Shown piece by piece: positions 58,513-64,000 of a stretch of DNA of 64,000 bases. The stretch's first letter is position 1. Every line of letters starts with the position of its first letter. The stretch is taken from contig CATNEN010000011.1 of assembly GCA_950097015.1 (NCBI GenBank), positions 6,572,001-6,636,000 of the forward strand, written 5' to 3'. The translations under genes were made by a program, and so were the position numbers. The stretch is from Macrostomum hystrix (taxonomy: Eukaryota; Animalia; Platyhelminthes). The notes under the pieces are model-generated. The model worked only from the letters and a program-made list of their open reading frames with translations. It did no database searches and was not told the DNA's origin.

Positions 58513-61500
58513 GTAATGTTTAAGTGTCTGAAATATATTTATTAGTGCTTTAGTTTTTCTGTACTTAATTTTTCTTCAAGACAAAAAACTAATTTCGGAC
58601 GTCAAGCTGCCTAAAATGTGCTTATATATGAAGATATTTTCTTGATAATTTGATAAGGTCAGCCTGGCAAGGCGAGGTGCTTGTAGAGGGCTGTAAGCTG
58701 CTCATAGGTCTAATAAAGGTTGAGTAATTTTATGTCCCCCGGATAAAATAGGACGATTTTCCCAGTCTTTGCAGTTGCAGTGGTCCGTAAAAATATGGGA
58801 TTCAGTCCCTCTATGGGATTAGCTGCTTCTTGTGTTTCCACGCCTGGTTGCTAGTCCTTGAGTAGTGCTCACCATAATGGCAGTAGTAGAGCTATTAACT
58901 AATACTATATTGTTGGACTTTGCAGGAAACCATTATTAAGATAAAAAAACTGCGGTTATTATTCTGTTACTTATCTAAAAGTACTTTACCTACTTTTTTG
59001 CTTGCGTAAACAATCCTTATTTGATGCTGTCCTTTAATGGAAAGCATATCCGGTGAATCGTAAGAGGCGGTGTGTCATGTTATTATGACAGCCATGGAGT
59101 GGCAAATTTGGAGGGCAGTGAAATAACTGACTGGAGGATGGGGTGGCGGGCAGTTGAATAACTGACTGGAGGATGGGGTGGCGTGGCGGGCAGTTGAATA
59201 ACTGACTGGAGGATGGGGTGGCGTGGCAATAACTAAATGGAGGATGGGGTGGAGGGCAGTTAAAAAACTGACTGGAGGATAGGGTGGCGGGCAGTTGAAT
59301 AACTGACTGGAGGATGGGATGGCGGGGCAGTTGAATAACTGACTGGAGGATGGGATGGCGGGGCAGTTGAATAACTGACTGGAGGATGGGATGGCGGGGC
59401 AGTTGAATAACTGACTGGAGGATGGGTTGGCGGGGTAGTTGAATAACTGACTGGAGGATGGGGTGGCGGGGCAGTTGAATAACTGACTGGAGGATGGGTT
59501 GGCGGGGTAGTTGAATAACTGACTGGAGGATGGGGTGGCGGGCATTTGAATAGCTGTATGATCAAGAGTTGAAATTTTTTATTATGCAGCAAACCAATGA
59601 GTCGAAAAAATGTTATTAAATTCGTACGAAAATTATTCGTTTTCGACATGTAGTTATCTTGAAATAGCATGTTTACGATTTCCGAATTAAAGAACGACTA
59701 ATAGAATTGCAGATGTTTAGTAAAACTCAGGTTCATACCAGGTAACATTAAGTTAGAGCTCTGAGGTAAGCTAGCTGAAAAAGTGTGAGTTGTGGACTCA
59801 GTTGCTAAGGCTCGCTGACCTGAGGCCATAAAAGCGCCCGTGCGAGAACTCCTGTTAGGATTTTCTGGTTAAAAGTGAGATGGAGAGAAAACGAAAATGG
59901 ATTTCGACGGTTAACCGTCACTCACTTTGATACGCAAGCTCAGTTTTATTTGCGACTCACTGAGGCGAATGAGGACTAAATAAATGCCTTTTAGGGAAAG
60001 TGTGAGCAGCTGGCTTTTGCATCGCGAGCAACAGCTAAGCTTAAACTAAAATTTCTAGACACACTAGAGAATGTGTATTAAGCAGGAAAGGGAGATGGAG
60101 AGAGGGAGATGGGGAAAGGGAGATAATGAGAGGGAGATAAGGAGATGGAGATAAGGAGAGAGAGATAAGGAGAGGAAGATAAAGAGACGGAGATAAGGAG
60201 AGGGAGATAAGGGAAGGGAGATAAGGGGAGGGAGATAAAGGGAGGAAGATAAAGAGAGGGAGATAAGGAAAGGAGATAAGGGAGGGAGATAAGAGGAGGG
60301 AGATAAGGGGGAGATAAGGAGAGGGAGATAAGGAGAGGGAGATAAGGGGAGGGAGATAAGGGGACGGAGATAAGGGGAGGGAGATAAGGGGAGGGAGATA
60401 AGGGGAGGGAGATTAGGGGAGGGAGATAAGGGGAGGGAGATAAGGGGAGGGAGATAAGGGGAGGGAGATAAGGGGAGGGAGATAAAGATAGAGATATAAG
60501 GGGAGGGAGATAAGGAGAGGGAGATAAGGAGAGGGAGATTTAGGGAGATAAAGATCGAGATATAAGGAGAGGGAGATAAGCGGAGTGAGATAAAGAGAGG
60601 GATTTCGGGAGAGGGAGATAGTGAGAATGAGATAAGGAGAGAGAGATGCTAAAAGGGAGATGGAAAGAGGGAGATGAAATCGGGCAGATAAGGCGATGGA
60701 TGGTCAACAATGATTAAAACATGAACTACTTTGAAGTGGATTCAGAACGCTTGTAAAAGTGGGAATGTACAATTAATAACATTGTGAATATATGACTTAC
60801 GCCAGCTGTCAATCAAATTGCATTTCCGCATAATCCCTTAATCTGTCTAGACACATAAGCTCGATTTGAATTGCGGTCGAATTGGCATTCGGAAATGCTT
60901 GAGGAATGAATTCTCAGCAGATGCACTTATATCAGGGTCTCTGATTAGTGTTCAAGTGGTCAGCACTGGAGATTTATTTTCACAATCAGTTCCCACACCG
61001 GAAGTGCTATCAAGACGGCTATCAAACAAGGCCGCTACTTCCTGTCAACAAAATATCTAATCAATTTTTGTGAGTCCACTTTAGGAACTAAAAAAATAAC
61101 ATTGAGGAGGTTGGCCCTCAAGGACGTAAATCACACGACATGTCGCCATGCTTTCTCTACGCGGCTGGACTCGTGGTGGAATCGAACTCAGGGACCTCGG
61201 CGCGAGACGCGAACGCGTTAACCGCTCTGCCACCGACCCAAGCGTTCTTAGAATTCAAGTAGAAGTTGGTCATTCGTGTGGGCTACTCAAATTGGATAGT
61301 TCCCATTCGTCATTTATCCCCAGACCAGAACCGCCGCCATTGGTTGGCTGGGTAGATGCAGTTGCTAAGCAAACCAACCTGATAAAAGTTGCTCCCAGCG
61401 CTGCAAACAAAGATTTGGCTGCCACACAAAAATTCTCCCCCGCGTACTTCCGGCCCAGCAACAGAGCCGAGCCAAGCCGAGCAAATCAAACGACAGATAA

Positions 61501-63049
61501 TTGACGAGTTCGCCATTGTCAGTCGGCGTCGACAGGTAAGGCCAAGCAGACTTGTGGAATTAACGATGGATAGGGCAAAAACACTGGGCCAACATGCTGG
61601 GAGGAAAGTTTTGGAAAGTACTTTAGGGAAAGGAGAATTAAGAGGGGATGGATTAGAAAGGAATAAAGAGAAGTGAGAGTAAGAAGATGTGAAATGAGTG
61701 GAAGAAATGAGAGAATAGGAGAGGGGAGAATAGGAGAGGGGAGAATGGGAGAGCAGAGGATGGAAGAGGGGAGAATTGGAAAGGGGAGAATATGAGAATG
61801 GAAAATGGGAGAGGGGAGAATTGGAAACGGGAGAATCGGAGAATGGAAAATGGGAGAGGGGAGAACGGGAGAGGGGAGATAGGAGAATGGAAGAGGGGAG
61901 AATTGGAGAGCTTGAGAATAGAAGAGGGGAGAATAGGAGAGGGGAGAATAGGAGAGGGGAGAATGGGAGAGGGAAGAATGGGAGAGGGGAGAATGGGAGA
62001 GGGGAGAATGGGAGAGGGAAGAATGGGAGAGGGGAGAATGGGAGAGGGGAGAATGGGAGATGGGAGAATAGGAGAGGGGAGAATGGGAGAGGGGAGAATA
62101 GGAGAGGGGAGAATGGGAGAGGGGAGAATGGGAGAGGGGAGAATAGGAGAGGGGAGAATGGGAGAGGGAAGAATGGGAGAGGGAAGAATGGGAGAGGGGA
62201 GAATGGGAGAGGGGATAATTGGAAAGAGGAGAATAGGAGAGGGGAGAATGGGATGGGAGAGGGGAGAATGTGAGAGGGAAGAATGGGAAAAGGGAGAATG
62301 GAAGAGGGAAGAATGGGAGAGGGGAGAATGGGAGAGGGAAGAATTGGAAAGGGGAGAATGGAAGTGGCGAGAATGGGATGGGAGATGGGAGAATCGGAGA
62401 GGGGACAATGTGAGAAGGGAAAATTGGAAAGGGGAGAATGAAAGATGAAGAATGAGAATGGGAGACGGAAGATATATGATGGGAGAAAATTGGAAGATAG
62501 GAGGAGATGATGAATTGGGAAAAGAGGAGAGAAGAGAGGATAGAATGGTTATAAATGAGAGGTTAGTCAAAGGAGCAAATGATTATGCCGGTAGAAATTT
62601 TGCCTTGCCGGAAGCAAGACCCAGTAACAGTAGAGCTTGTTGCTCTGTTCCAAAGAAGATTATAGGCTTAGTAGGCCTGGCAATATCGAAACAAAAAAAT
62701 CAACAGCAATTTTTCGCCCGACTTTCATTCTAAATCAAGATTAAAAGATAAAGAAAAGACACGAACATTGCTCATTAAATATTATTATTCTATAGTTTCG
62801 TGTCCTCCATTTTGGGTCAACAGCCTTCTGTGTGCCTGTTCTATGCGCCTGTATGCCTGTCTGTCTGTTCTAATCATTAAATAATTATTACGAACTAAGA
62901 ACCGAAGATACGGATAGAATTATATTTTAATGCAATCTAAAATAGGAACAGCAATGTAATATTAGCTCCGCTATTTCTTAATATTTAATGCCAGAATTAT
63001 TCGTATTTCTTAGAAACATCATTCATGATCGATCAGATTCGATCAGTTC
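58513..63049. repeat. Segmental duplication, copy 2
   Basis: Direct repeat of 35730-41099 with different array lengths and a ~60-bp deletion near 60797. Confidence 0.95.
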
Positions 63050-63639
63050 CCATAAGGAGAGGGGACAGGAGATGAGGAGTGGGGGGCATGGGATAAGGAG
63101 AAAGGAGACAGGGAGGGAGAGATAATGAAAGGGAGATAAAGAGAAGGAGAGAGGGATAGGGAGATAGGGAAGAGGAGATAGAAGATAGAATAGAGATAGA
63201 AGGAGACTAAAAGTATCTTTTGAAGTAATGAGAATACAAGGTGATGATTTTTAGGCAAACATTTCTGGATTAAAAAACTGTCACGTGACTGATGCCCAGT
63301 TTTTCTGTGAAATGCGCGACTCCAGAAAATGATTTTCTTCAAATCTTCTTTTTCGAATTTTCCCGGTAATGAAGCCTCAGAATGCTCATACATTAGAACT
63401 TCGTCTCAACTAACATTCGAAACATCGCCTAGAAATTTTTTATGGGCGAAGATACGAAGACCCAAAACCAAACTGACTGACGTTCGCATTCTCATCGATT
63501 GGAAGCCCAGCTGTCGAGTGATTCCGAAATGGAAAAGTACATTGATTGTCAATACTGGGTCATGCTGTTGCGTTTTCAATTAGAACTCGGTGGGAAATCA
63601 TAGGACGACAAGCAGGGTAGAAATTACAGAATCAAGGGG

Positions 63640-63990
63640 GTAGATACGTAGCTGTAGGATCAGGGGATAGTCAGATGAAGGATCAGGGGTACACATATGA
63701 AGGACCAGAGGGTACACAGATAAAGGACCAGGGGATAGTCAGATGAAGGACCAGGGGATAGTCAGATGAAGGACCAGGGGATAGTCAGATGAAGGATCAG
63801 GGGGTAGACAGATGAAGGACCAGAGGTGACACACTGATGAAGGACCCGGGAGTAGATAGATGAAGGACCAGAGGTAACACAGATTAAGGACCAGAGGGTA
63901 CACAGATGAAGGACCAGAGGGTACACAGATGAAGGACCAGAGGGTACACAGATGAAGGATCAGAGGTAGACAGCTGAAGAATCTGGGGTT
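63640..63990. repeat. Degenerate 22-23-bp minisatellite AGATGAAGGACCAGAGGGTACAC
   Basis: Tandem units. Confidence 0.88.
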
Positions 63991-64000
63991 GAACAGTCGG

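Overview
Eukaryotic (animal) genomic DNA: GC-rich exons, GT-AG introns and very dense intronic minisatellites. The style suggests a free-living flatworm such as Macrostomum, but this is inference only. Genes supported by splice-phase-consistent reconstruction: the last two exons of PRMT1 (with an initiator tRNA-Met in the preceding intron); a 6-exon CCR4/CNOT6-type deadenylase whose LRR appears eroded; a complete 7-exon separase (minus strand); an intronless secreted lysenin-like (aerolysin-type) pore-forming protein; a 3-exon SAM-methyltransferase-fold gene; a class A GPCR; and a RING-less B-box/coiled-coil/NHL protein. Non-genic structure includes more than 25 distinct minisatellites, a 7.9 kb polypyrimidine tract with kb-scale internal periods, a TTAA-flanked MITE, tRNA-derived SINE heads, and a ~5 kb direct segmental duplication bracketing the GPCR and NHL genes. 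Most long ORFs in the track are repeat artefacts. The most interesting items are the lysenin homolog and the LRR-decayed CCR4. All similarities to known proteins are from recalled sequences and were not checked by search.
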